From the NCBI GenBank assembly GCA_047495785.1, contig JBLDXI010000055.1, forward strand, positions 1,116,001 through 1,180,000: DNA of 64,000 bases, in the 5' to 3' direction. The notes beneath the pieces were generated by a model. The model saw nothing but the letters and a program-made list of their open reading frames with translations. It did not search any database and was not told the DNA's origin. A program made the translations under genes and the position numbers. Shown piece after piece: positions 24,687 to 38,690 of the stretch. The stretch comes from Lepidodermella squamata (lineage: Eukaryota > Animalia > Gastrotricha). Every line of letters starts with the position of its first letter. The first letter of the stretch is position 1.

Positions 24687-25541
24687 TCATTTTCATCGTT
24701 CCAAGCTCTCAATTTGTTATTTAAGCTGACTGTATTTTCATCAGGTGTATTTAATTCAGTGAGGCAGCGCAAGCTCCGTCGTGCTATTTTTCAGCTCCCA
24801 AACTCCTTTCAATTAAATTAGCCCAACTCGGAATGCTCTTGTTTTGTGTTAGATAGCAAGACGCAAAACTACCGAAGCATTAGAGAAAATCTTCCTCTCA
24901 TTAGTTTTCCCAACTAGTGGAGGTATTCGACGAAATTTTGAAAAATACTATTCTAGTTACACATTCGCGATTTCGACGATGAACTTCGACGATATTCCCT
25001 CTTCATACACGTTGAAGCGTGCATATTGGTTGATTCAAAAGCAAATTGTATCAACATCATAGCAATCCGCATTCTTGTTATATTCATGCTGAAATATATA
25101 TTAATATTTTTGCGTAAAAAATCATACTTGTTATTTCTAAAACATTGTACGTGTTTGTGATGTGTTTATAATGTTAGTTTTCGATGTTTGCTGATTATTA
25201 GCTCGGATTTCTCCAAATGCGATGGCTTGACTTGTTTACGGAAATGCACTGCGAGAACGATGGCCTGAGATGAATATTTTGTATTTTATTTAGAAGCAAT
25301 ACGAATTAGCGTTGAGTGTTCGTGAAACCTCTATTTACCGTCTTATGGAGGACAAAAAGATGTAACGCGCGTTTAGTTTCTTCACTTCCTCGAAATTGAA
25401 ATTCAACTATTATTATATATGTGGTATAAATTTAATGGTATCGAAGAAATAAACCGAATAATGGCTTCGTAAGAGGTGAATTTTTACATTCAATAACCAT
25501 CTTCCTGATTCTAGTGATAGTTCTATTTATTAACACTGAAA

Positions 25542-26349
25542 ATGGCTGGAAGCAAGAGAGACGAGCAAGAGCAAGAGATTGATTGTTTGATGTCAATGTT
25601 TCCAGATGAGCTGAACGGTAACAATTCTTCATGGTGTTGGGTATTATTATGAAGTTGTAATATTTCTTATTCAAGTGGTGGAAAAGAAGCCTCTTTACAT
25701 TTTGGAAATAACGCTCAGAAATATTGCCGAGGAGGAGCCTGATTGTGAAGTTGAAATAACTGTTCGATTCAAGCTCGGTCTCAACTACCCGGATGAGCCT
25801 CCAGAAATATCTGTCACTGACAGCTCTTCGATAACAGATGAAGAGCTCGCAGCGATATCCACTAGCTCTAACAAAGTGGTGAGTAGTTCGGCCGAATTGA
25901 AGTTCTTGATTTTGCTGAATTATTGGCTTTGATAGTGTGAAGATAGCTTGGGCATGCCAATGATCTTCAGTGTTGTAATGCAAGTGCAAGAAATGTTAGC
26001 CGTAGCTGTTCAGCGTGTCGTTCAAGAAGCCCGCGATCAGAACGAGCGGGCTAAGCTGGAGCGTGAGCTGGCGGAGAAAAAACGGTTTCACGGCACTCCG
26101 GTTACTCAAGAAAATTTCCTGGCTTGGAAACGCCGCTTCGATTCTGAAATGACCGCCATCAGATTGGCAAAGTTGAAATCGGGCGAAATCAGCGCTCCGA
26201 AAAAGCCGACCGGTAAGGAGCTGTTTCAACGCGATGAATCACTTATCGACGCGACTGGTATTGCTGACGACGACGAGATTGAAGACTCGACCGATTCCGA
26301 GGACGAATCGAATCAGTTGCAGCCTGATCTTGGTGTCGGCGATGAGTGA
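25542..26349 (+). CDS. RWDD1: RWD domain-containing protein 1 (3 exons)
   Basis: EQEQEIDCLMSMFPDE, YPDEPP, LGMPMIFSVV, KRFHGTPVTQENFLAWKRRFD, PTGKELF. Confidence 0.9.
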
Positions 26350-26542
26350 ACCCTTTGTATTCGTATATTTTGATGCTCAAATGAATATCAAAGCAAATCA
26401 TCTATGTTGTTCTTGCGTCATTTCTTTATAATGTGCCGGCTAGTATACCAAAATTAACGGTGACATGGTTGCAATTAAATGCATCTTTTCGAGTCGATCA
26501 TGCAGATTTTAATATTTGATTCTAGACTTTTAATTTGAAGCG

Positions 26543-28047
26543 ATGAAGTCCAGCTTATTTTTCTGCAACAGAGAGGACTTTGTCGAGGTTGCGGATCTTG
26601 TTTTGAGCAATACTCCAGAAGACGACGTGAAAGCGATTTCAAGGCTTGCCCATTGGAAATGCAGCCTTACGAATATTCCAGCTCCGGTCCTATGCACTCA
26701 TTCGCTTCTGATTATCAAATCGTTCAATGCCTTTGACGAGCATTCAGCTGATCCAAACGAATTGAATGCCTCGCCTCGGTCCTACGTCGCGGATGAGTTT
26801 CGTAACTTGGCTTACGCCAGTGCCGTTTCTCGATCTGTTAGCCTTCTTCTTGAAGATAACGAAGAATTGCATGGCCTTTCGATGAAAGCCACTGCATGTG
26901 CGGTAATTATTTCAAAATTAAAATTTCATTGAATCTTAACTTTTTTTTGTCAGATGGGATTGCCTGATTGGATGACTGATGTGCGCAATGAAATAGCCCA
27001 CGGCAGACGAATGCTTTCGCTTGATTTCTTGGCCAACGTCATCGATCGGATTCTCACTTGGCTAAGGGAGTATTTTTGGAGAGACTTGTTGGATAAATAT
27101 ACGAGCTGTGAATATTTTCTGCTCCATTTCTATAAATTCAACCTCTGCTTTTTTCAGTTGTCAAGTCTGGGGGTATCGGCGATCCGTTGTGGCTTCAGCT
27201 AGAAGATTTGTTGGTGAATTATGAGCAGCAAACATTCCGAGCCATCACCATGTCAGAATCCAACATGCGTGTGATTGCTACTCGGCGCCGAGTCCAAATC
27301 GTGCGACAATTGGGTAACATCGCTCGCCAGAATCTAGCTGAATTCCTCAAGTGCTTCGTACGGTTCGGCTACATGTTCCCTACAATAGAGCAGTTACGGT
27401 TTTTGAGCGTCGACGAAAATGTCCTGCAGTTGTGGAGCAGTTCATCTCGAGATGTGTCAACAACACACAGCGTGCTGAACAAGCGCTTAAATGCCGCCTA
27501 TTTGAAGACTAGAAAATTCTGGAAACTTTTGATTTTTCATCTCTCGTCATCCGTGGGTAATTTTTTGACGATTATATTGTTCACTGAATATTTTTTGTTT
27601 GCTGTCAGAGCACTGCATCCCAGCGTTAATCGAGGCTGTTGTTAAAAGTTGTCCCCAAGATCCCACGACATTTGAGAGGCAAATCCGCCAGAATTGTTGG
27701 ATCAACTACTTGATCGATAAATACGTCGCAAGTAAGTCTCTTGATTTTAAAGAAATGCAAATGTTAAATGGAACCTTACAGAACAACCTGCTCACGGCGC
27801 TGAAGTCATGGAAAGATGTTCAAAAGACCCGACAAATCTCAGCCTTGCTGCTCTACGCCGGTTGTCTTTCATTAATTGGAACCGTCGGAGTGATTCGTTG
27901 AAATGCGCGAACCTCATCGAGCTTATGGTGGCATTTATCGGACCCCAAGAAGTCGCAGTCGACGCTCTGTCAGCCGAAACAGGAGCGAAATCGTTGTTCT
28001 CGGTGGAGGATGCTGAGAAAATGATTACAGAGCATAAACAACAATAA
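26543..28047 (+). CDS. LAS1L: LAS1-like ribosome biogenesis nuclease, multi-exon
   Basis: AISRLAHWK, LAYASAVSR, MGLPDWMTDVRNEIAHG (RxxxxH HEPN motif), LTWLREYFW. Confidence 0.8.
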
Positions 28048-28125
28048 GAAATTGTGCCATTTTTAGCCGAGTTTAATATTTCAGATCAAAATCTTTTGCC
28101 GTATAGGTAGAAATTTAATCTTTTC

Positions 28126-29328
28126 ATGAATAACATTCGCCTTCTACCAAATCGAGCTTGGCGAGCCCTGGTGAGTTGCATTTTCTGCTTAAAATATGGC
28201 TAAAGAATTCGCAAACGTTACAGCAAGTTCGATCTGTGGCGAATTCTGTTGTTGCAAGTCCTTCTCCTGTGAACATCGAAGCTCAACATCCCCTGACTGA
28301 CAAACATGGCCGATTTCATAACTACCTCAGAATTTCTATAGTGGAGAAATGTAACTTGGCCTGCAAATATTGCGTGGCGGACGAAGATATCCAGTATTCA
28401 GCAAAAAGTGAACTTCTTTCAGCTGGTGAAATAGCGCGGCTAGCGAAAACGTTCGTTAGTCTGGGAGTGACAAAAATCAGGTTAACTGGAGGCGAGCCGA
28501 CTATTCGTTCGGACCTTGATAAAATAATAGCATCAGTTAACGAACTGCGACCGATGGGCTTGAAAGAGATTGCTCTTACAACAAATGGAATCGTATTAGC
28601 GAAAAGGTTGCCGTCTTACAAGGCTGCTGGTTTAGATTCGTTGAACATAAGCCTCGACACTATGCTACCAGATAAATTCAATTACATAACCGGCCAAAAC
28701 GGACTAAGCCTGGTTTTAAAAGGAATCTTTGCTGCTTTCGATCTCGGCTACAAACCTGTCAAGCTTAATGTTGTTGTAATGGCCGGAGTAAATGAGACAG
28801 AAATGACCAGTTTTGTTGAGATGACTAAAGACTACCCGTTGGATGTTCGATTCTTGGAATTCATGCCGTTCGATGGCAATAAATGGTCGCGTAATAAAAT
28901 GGTGCCTTACCGTGAAATGGTCAAGCGAGTGAAATCGCAATATCCTGACATGAAACCCGCGGGCAATTCGCCGACAGACACGGCCAAGTCTTTTGTTATA
29001 CCTGGTTATGAGGGACGAGTTGGCTTCATAACGTCGATGAGTGATCACTTTTGTGGAGGTTGTAACCGATTGAGAATAACTGCTGATGGCCATTTGAAAG
29101 CTTGCCTTTTCGGCACGAATGAAGTCGACCTGAAAAATTCGCTGAGAAGAGGGATTTCTGACAACGATCTAACTGAACTTATATCTGCTGCGGTGAAACG
29201 AAAAGCTCCTAAACACGGAGGTATGAAGTTTTACAAATTTATTCAATTGGCACTGATGTATTCATTTGTTAGGAATGGACCTGATTCAGCAACTGAAGAA
29301 CCGTCCCATGATTCTTATCGGTGGGTAG
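28126..29328 (+). CDS. MOCS1: MOCS1A, GTP 3',8-cyclase (radical SAM)
   Basis: Presequence-like exon MNNIRLLPNRAWRAL (intron 28171-28223), YLRISIVEKCNLACKYC, RLTGGEP, FCGGCNRLRITADG, intron 29221-29272, ends NRPMILIGG*. Confidence 0.93.
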
Positions 29329-29370
29329 CTTGCAGCATGCGGTTAATTTTTAATGTATTTTTGAAAACAG

Positions 29371-30026
29371 TTCGCGACTTCAATAACAATGGTTATTGTC
29401 TTTTTACAGCCTGCAGGCCTTCGCGGACTCGAAAAGTCTTTCAACAGCGCTCAGAAACATTGTTCAAGAGCTTTTACTCCTCCAAACATTCCAATCTAAA
29501 TCGCTTTCAGAAACGATATTTATGTTCTTCTACCCCCTGTAATGATGATTTGATTCAATTAAAAGCGATCAAAATGGCTACTGTATCGGGCAAGAAGCCG
29601 ACTTATCGCACTGCGCATGCTGTTGCAACGATCCAGCTACCCCAAAAAACCTTCGAAATGATAGTAGAAGGTCGTTTGCCCAAAGTTTCTTCGTTGACCG
29701 CGTTGGTGGCTGCGATTCAACTTGCAGGTGTGAATGCTGCGAAGAAAACTCCAGATTTGCTTGCCCTGTGCCATCCGATTCCTATTTCTTCCGTGGATAT
29801 TCGTGTTTTTCTCGATAAATCGAAGTCTTCCTTCCGCATTGAGTCTTTTGTTTGCGCTGATGGAGCTGTAACCGGAGTTGAGATGGAAGCACTCGTTGCT
29901 GCCAACGTGGCGGCTTTGACTTTATATGACATTGCGAAATCAGCTGGTTCGCAAGATATTCTTATAACCGAGGTGAAATTATTGGAAAAACGAGGTGGAA
30001 AGTCAGATTATACGCGGGTAAATTAG
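29371..30026 (+). CDS. MOCS1: MOCS1B, cPMP synthase (MoaC) domain, probably expressed as a MOCS1AB fusion
   Basis: AGVNAAKKT..LCHP, TGVEMEAL, LTLYDIAKS, LLEKRGGKS; in frame with MOCS1A via a 50-nt intron 29321-29370. Confidence 0.85.
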
Positions 30027-30158
30027 TGCAACGAAATAGAAACTATTATAGAAACTATATTATAGTGATATAAAAGCGGCAATTTATTGTTGATTTCTCA
30101 TGATCGAAAAGAAAGCACAAGTGAATAAAGTATTTTTGATACATTGTCTTGTGTTTTG

Positions 30159-31321
30159 TTATAAGTTTGGCAATACCTGTAAATTTGAAAATGTTTTAAG
30201 CCTGAAAGTTATTTGGCGTCTTACATTACCTGTGATTTCAAAAGACCACTGGAGTCTGAGTCCTTCTTGAAATTAAAATCGCGACCCCACTCAGCATTTT
30301 CTACAGCAACTCCTCGCGGTATTTTTCGACCTGGCGGTGGTCTTACTTCAACTCGCACTTCAGGTGGCGGCGCAGGTGGAGGAGCTCTTGGTGGGGCTGT
30401 TAAAAGGAATTTTTCTTAGATTTAATGTTAGCTTTTCCAAGAATCATTCACCTGGTGGTGGTGGCGGCGGCGGAGGAAAACCTGGATCCATCGGCATCTG
30501 AATCACATTTTAAAACGTCAATTCTTCCAATGATAATTCCAAAAACACGAATCATTGTTTATAAATGGCTTTCTTTATTTTAGGTTCATCATCAATGCAC
30601 CAAGAGGGCTATGGGATTTCACGGCAAAAGGTTGTTATGCCCAGACAGGATTTTAGACTTTTTATTGCACTGTTTTACGTGAGTGGTCGTTTCATGGCGT
30701 GATAAATCTGACGCTGCCGGCTGGTAGCGACTATAATTGGGAAAAACGAAAGCTTCATTAATTAATAGCCCGGCACGTTTGAAATGACATTTTACGGAAG
30801 TGGCTTTTAAACTTATATTCTAACCAAATATGAACAAGAATTTTAAAATTTCGGTGCATATTTGATATGTGATCCTCGCCTTGTCTCTGTAATCTAACTT
30901 GAATGGGTGAATCATAACAGTATACCGAACTAGGGTGCTAATGATTCCGAGCCCCATTGGTGGCAAAGCTTTTTATTTTTGTTATTAACATTTTAGAAAA
31001 AATTTATTAACTAACCTCTGGTGGTCCTCCTACTGGCATCATTCCAGGCATAGGTGGTGGCATCATAGGCATCATTGGTTGTGCTCCTGGGAAGAATGTA
31101 GGCATTGTGGATGGAACGACATGTATTTTTCTCCGATTTGGTTCTTGCCGTTTTATTACGGCTATATTAAGGCTGCTGCGTTGTTGCTGTTCGTCAGGAC
31201 AACATCCTTTGCCGAAGCCACCACAGCAAAACACGAAAATCATGCATCCTGCTATAACTGCGATCAGAAAAGCTCCAAGAACACCAACGATAAGCGCGAT
31301 ATCCGCGACTGTTAGTGCCAT
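30159..31321 (-). CDS. Unknown single-pass membrane protein with Cys cluster and Pro/Met-rich tail (about 4 exons)
   Basis: N-terminal TM (IALIVGVLGAFLIAVIAGCMIFVFCC), Pro-rich exons at ~30498-30452 and ~30398-30229 with consistent splice phases. Confidence 0.55.
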
Positions 31322-31959
31322 AAAAAATTATCACTTTTAAACTCAAATTTTGTGTGTACTCGAACAGCAGAAAAAAACAAGTGATAAATTCTTGCGTCTT
31401 CTCCTGTTTTACTCTGCAGTCATAGCGACCTTTTTTCAAGTTGGGCGTTGCTTTCAAAAGTAATTCATAAAACTGAATACAAGCCAGCTGAATGCTTATT
31501 TATTTTCATTAGTGCAATAAAAGAAAATTCGAACTAAACATCACGTTTATTCATCGCAGAAAAAATCTTTTCACCGTGAGACAAAATTTAGTTTCTGGTA
31601 ATATCACCTTTCCAGACAATACCGAAAATTAGCATCGCTGTGCGTGACGTAGTTCTGTACTTCGAATGAGACAGTGAGCGCCGATAAAAATTGTTTCAGA
31701 ACGTACAGAAGAAATAAACGAAAACACGAATGTAGCTAATGGTCAAATAAGCGCGTTGATTTCAATCTGAACCTAGTACAAATTAAAGTGGCTTTAGCCA
31801 CCAAATACAGCAGCAGACAAGAAAAATTCACTGGGATGTGCGCATGAAAGAGATATAAACAGTTTGGTTCGACATGCGATCAAGTTGTAATAAGGGTCTG
31901 ATCGTGATAAAAAGAAGTCAGTCTAGTGAGCAGGTAGCGGCGACGAGATGAAAAAACGT

Positions 31960-33307
<1,348 letters not shown>

Positions 33308-33483
33308 TTAATGTAACCAACTAAAAAACATCATTTCATCCATTGAAAAACATTATTTCCACTCGAAAAATGACTACAACATTTGAGGTTTCAGATCAAA
33401 ACAAAATAATATAGCATAAAATATAACACAGCTCGATATTTGCAACATTTTTTCAAATAATAATTGACATGACCAGCAGGTCT

Positions 33484-35120
33484 TCACAAGTCTTTCCGCT
33501 TCGATGGCGCGGCTCCGCTGTCGGTAGTCGGCTCTTCTTGATTGTGGTTTGTCCATCGTAGAATGAACCGCCCGCGCAGAAGATAAAATGAACTCGCGCC
33601 GTTAGCGAGTGTGAGCAGGCCGACCTAATAATATTTAGCGATTTATTAAGGCGGCTCGTTTGAAAAGAATTTCGAGGACTCACCCCAAGGCATTGATGCC
33701 ACTCACTCGCGAAGAAGATTAGCTCGAACAGAGAGTAGGCCAGCGTGCAAAGAGCACATATGAGCGGAACGTCATAAAAGCGCACGGGCGATGAGAACAA
33801 CATCTGGAACAACAGAAACAACAACGTTTCAAGTTTTGCCGCTCAAAAATGTGCGTCATCCGGCGCGGGCGCCAAACACAGCGGCGCGTGCTTTTTCGAG
33901 AGAACACGCGCCATTTGACAGCTCGTTAGCAAATATGTGCCATAGCGGCTTCCGGTTACAGATAACACTTATCTGATTTCGCAAAAACGCGCGCGACTTA
34001 CGTGAAACTTGTTATGCAAACTCGACCCAGGGATGGCGGCGTTGAACGGGCAAATAGCTCGGTAAACTTTGCCTGAGTGGCGAACAATCGAGCCAGACGT
34101 CCACAACTGCGAGTCCGACCAACTGTGAGCGATCAAACAGATAAAATTACGCGCACAAAATTACGATTTCGTGACTTACAAACTGGCGGGGATCGGCGAG
34201 TCGAGCCGCTTCCACCTGCCCATGTGCGCCGCGCACCGTTGCATGATATCGACGTAGCGGCACGGCAGGTAAAAAGCGCAGTAGAGCGAAAATTGCGCGA
34301 GATAACTCAGCAGGATAACGTGACCGGCCCACAATTCATCATAGAAAACAGGGTCAGGCCCGGTGAATAATAATGGAATGATAGTGGCGTAGAACACTGT
34401 GACAGCACTATTGAAGAAAAGGTGCGCCAATCGCGTGTTGAAATCGGCCGCCAATTCAGTGCACTCGGCGCGACATGTCGCCGGCACGGGCGAACAAAGG
34501 TGAATAGTCGACCGGCCCAGCTCGTACGGGCAACAAATGCCCGTCGAGTACAGCGGCTTGAGATTGATGCCGAATAAAATAACGTAAGTAACAGCTGGGA
34601 ACAGCAGATAGCCAAATCGCTCAGCCGGGTACGTTTGAGATAGTTGGAATAGGAAATACGAGACTAGAAAAACGAAAGCCAAAACAGGCAATGCGACGGC
34701 GACGAAGAGTGTCTGTTTGAGAAAGCTGCGCTGTTGAGGTTTTCGATTCAAATCAATAGCGACACGGCAAAAGAAAGCGGCTATTCGGCGGAGAATGATT
34801 AAAATCGCCAAACCGACAACGTTGATGTCGAGTTTTTCGAAAGCTATCGGGTATTTCGCGTCCGAGTACGGCAGCCACCACGCAGTTTTGTAAATATTGC
34901 AGACTTGCAGCGCCAAACCTGTTAGACCCGCCAGCATAGCGATCAACTCGAACATGAACGGTGATAGCCATGGCATGTCGACCAAGTGAGAGTAAGGCGC
35001 CAAGTACTGGCAAATGAAGGGTGCAGCGGCCTGAGCTGAAGACGCCAAAGTTGCCGCCACGTTCACGTTATTATTACTATTCACGGATGATGAGGTCATA
35101 GGTGCAGCGTTCAACACCAT
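33484..35120 (-). CDS. TMEM39: Transmembrane protein 39 (4 exons)
   Basis: NIYKTAWWLPYS, DFNTRL, LPCRYVDIMQRCAAHMGRW, WTSGSIVRHSGKVYRA..NAAIP. Confidence 0.88.
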
Positions 35121-36178
35121 CGTAAAATTCTAATAGCAAAACACGAGGTTTAAATTTGCCAAGGAAAAGGTACATAACGTTTTATTGTTTCAGAGATGAT
35201 CAATTGCCAGTGAACCTAAATTCACCTCATCAAGTTTCCGATTTTTTTTTCAATTATTACGATATGTACATTATCATTCATCATCGAATTGCCAACCGAA
35301 AAACACACGAAAAACAGAGAGATGTTTCAATGTAGTGGTTAAATAGAATCACGGTACCGATATACATAGTCTCGTGCGTAAAACAAAATTTTCAGTGAAA
35401 AGATGAGGTGTATTCGAATTAGAACAGCAACAAAATCTGGCTCGTTTTATGTGTTTCCGCTTTTCAAATGTTTGTTTCTTTTTCAAATAACAAAAACAAA
35501 TTGAGCTTCCATGGCGCTTCAACATTCGACAGACTAAATATATGGCTGAGAACCTCGCTTATCACCATAATGTATGGACACTTCTTATAATAATATAGTA
35601 AATAGCAATCAACATTTTTTAAATAATGATACTATATACGTACAGCTGTACAATGAGCAGCCAAGGAATTATTGATTTGTTCTATATTATATAAATTCTA
35701 TCATATAGGTAATAATAGCCTCAAGGAAGTGAATCACGCGGGTCAAGAAAGTAAGCGCAACGGATTACCAAGCCAGCTTAAAAAAGGAACAAAAATCAGA
35801 CGCATAGTGGATTGATATATCCAATGTTTCGAATGACTGAACACAGTTACTTTTCCAACACCCGAGGCCACTTCTTCGAAGCTTTAAGGCATCTCTTATT
35901 CTATAAACATTTCTCGCACTGCACTATAATCAAGATAATATATTTTCAAATTATAATAATATTAATGTAATGATGCACATTTTTTGCAGAAACTCATAAG
36001 ATATTAGTTGCTAAATTATTATCATTATTATTTGGTTAAGTTCTGTTTGCCTAGAACAGTTCTTCAAAATGACGAAAACTCTATCACCATTGCGACTCTT
36101 CTGTAGAACTGCGGAAGAAAAACGGGAAAGACCACAGCAGCCAGAAGAGATTGCCGATAGATTATAGTTTGCTCCACC

Positions 36179-38690
36179 TTAATTCGCCTTCATGTCGAGC
36201 TCGTAAAACAAAATGTAGGCATTCGCGCGTAAGACATTGTCGATCGAAGTTGGCCGGACATGACCATCACTGATGTAAAACCAGTCGTTGTTCGAAGACG
36301 ACCGAGATGGCCGAACGTACGCGACGTAGTGACCACCGTTAAGCGACCCACTGTGTTCAACGACACCGCGAAGGGTGTATGGAACCGAACTGGGCGCAGA
36401 ATCACCGCCGAGAGACTTCGCCTCTTTCCAGTGACGAAGAGCAGCTTCGCGGCTGACGAAGGGCGCCATGTCGAGTTCAGCTGGGAACTCGATGTGATCG
36501 GATATTTTCTGCAAAACGAGCGATCGGCGAGATTCGACTTGCTCAAAACGCTTCAAATGCAAAGTCAAGATCTTAGGAGGCTTCGCGATCAGCGTTTGCT
36601 TGGTGCCCTCGGTCAAGAAGTTTTTATTTCCCGTTTTCAGCTGACACTGCTCGCAGGCGTAACGATTCTCGCCTAGTAAGAAAAACAAACATGTCACTAA
36701 AAATACCTAAAAATAAAGACTAATCGTACGTTTGAGTTCTTCGCGCTCGGTGTACCAGTATAACGCTGAGTAAAGAGATTTTTCGAAATCGCTAGGAGGT
36801 GGCCGGTTGTCCAGAGTTTGGAGACGTTTCTTCAATTCTTTATTGCTCATTTTCTGAGCCGCTGGGAATGATTCTCGAGTGGAAATTTGGAGTGCTTCGA
36901 TGCTAGCCAGAAGCGCCTCGTCAGTTAGCTCTTCAGCTTCAGTCGGCGTTATTGGATGAAGCCCGTCAAATCCAGAGACATCAGCAGGGTCACCACCAGA
37001 GCTTCCGCTTCCGAGACCAGAATCAGGGCGGCCGAATGTGCTATGCTATAATCAAATAAAGAAATTGTCATAAATAACGGGTTTGTCGTCTTCTAGTCTT
37101 ACCGTCACGGCACTGCTTTCCATTGAAAGAGCCAACGCCCGCTTGACTTCGTCATCTTCATCATCATTCTCTGCCCAGTCGCCATTTGTGTCTTCCTTCG
37201 GTTTCCGGCGTTTCTTGTCCAATCGAAGTTTATTACGCTTGTTGTTCTTTCCGCTGTTCTCGTTTGCCCTGTCCGAACCATTTTCAAACGAAGGGCGCTT
37301 CAGCGGCAATGAAATGTCGAGGAAATGTTGCAATACAGTATTGATACTGTGACACTCAAGACAAACGATGGTGTCAACCATTTCTCCACTAAACGTTTCA
37401 TCAACAACTGTTGCGTTGCCAACGACGTCCAGCAGACGCTTAAGCTTGGCGCTTTCTTCAGCAGATCGAGAGCCACTAGGGCAAAACTTTTCTTCAATAG
37501 CAGCTTTCACCCGTTGGAATTCCTCATTTTTAACGGTGTCCAAGAGATGTCGTAATAGCTCGTGAGCATCTTGTTGCTGGTAACCGCGGAACCGCTGAAC
37601 TTTTGCACAAATTTGGTTAAATAACTGATTGGGATAAATGAGAGGATTCGGAGATGTATTCATTTCCAGGAAAAGATCGCGCAGGGCGTTCGACATTGGG
37701 CATTTTTCCGCTGGTCGCAATGGCACGGTAAGAGATGAAATACCGTTTTCTTTTGATCCGAGAATTGCGAATGTCCCTTTCCTTAAAGATTTGTCTAATT
37801 CATTCTCAATATGAGAAGAATGAAATAAACATTGCAGGGTTGAGTTGAAGAAACATGTATTTCCAATGTTCGCGAGGCCCTTGACATTTGCAGAAAACTT
37901 CCTGAGTGTCGAATCCGTTTTCGACTGAGAACCTTTTTTGCGGTTGGGTTTATCAGGCATCTCAGCAGTTGTTGAAGCGGCGTCCGAAGCCGATGATTCG
38001 TCTTCAACATTGGACACAGAATCTAAAAACGAAGGATCGAATCGCTTCTTCAGGGCGAGAATATAATCGACGAGAGGATGTCCTGCTGTTATCGTCACTT
38101 CATTGTCGCATTTATAACACCAGCAAGAAAAATTAGTCAAGCTTAGCGCAATGCAATGAGTTCCTTGCCGCTCATAATGTCCAAGGGCATGCCCTTGTTC
38201 AGATCGAGAACACCCTCTCCTCAAACAGAGCAGGCAAATCCAGACATGGGGATCGCTTTTGGCGACTTGGGATGTCTCAGAGTTTCCGCCGTCGGGTATT
38301 GGCGATGACACATCAACTCCGCTGTCCACGGTTTTTTCATCCGATAATTCGCTCTCCACTTGAGAGCTGCTATCTGAAACTACGGGCTCAGCCTCGACTG
38401 GATATACAATTGGACACATCTGCAATGCCACAAAGCTTTATATGTCGAGGTATAACATATTTTCTAAAATCTCTTACCTCACAAACTCGCTCAATTTTGC
38501 CGATGTCATTCATGAGTTTTTTCATATTTAAACCTTGAATGAGATGCTCGCAGCCCATTTGAGTATCTGTGGAATTAGAAACGATTACAAGAAATATTAT
38601 TGGACAAATTGAACGCAAACCTGAACTTCCGCTGCTGAGTGTCTTGTTTTTCATCTTCTGTTTCGCAGCCTTCCCTTTCTTGTGACCCAT
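36179..38690 (-). CDS. Ubiquitin C-terminal hydrolase USP16/USP45 family, multi-exon
   Basis: ZnF-UBP (WICLLC..GCSR..HA..H..WCYKCD), Cys box GLANIGNTCFFNS, QQDAHELL, LHLKRF, His box VVEHSGSLNGGHYVAY. Confidence 0.9.

Noticed and set aside
28158-30026. 622-aa ORF as the primary MOCS1 product
   Set aside because: It begins at a non-ATG codon and reads through introns; the spliced model restores the conserved ILIGG* terminus and a presequence
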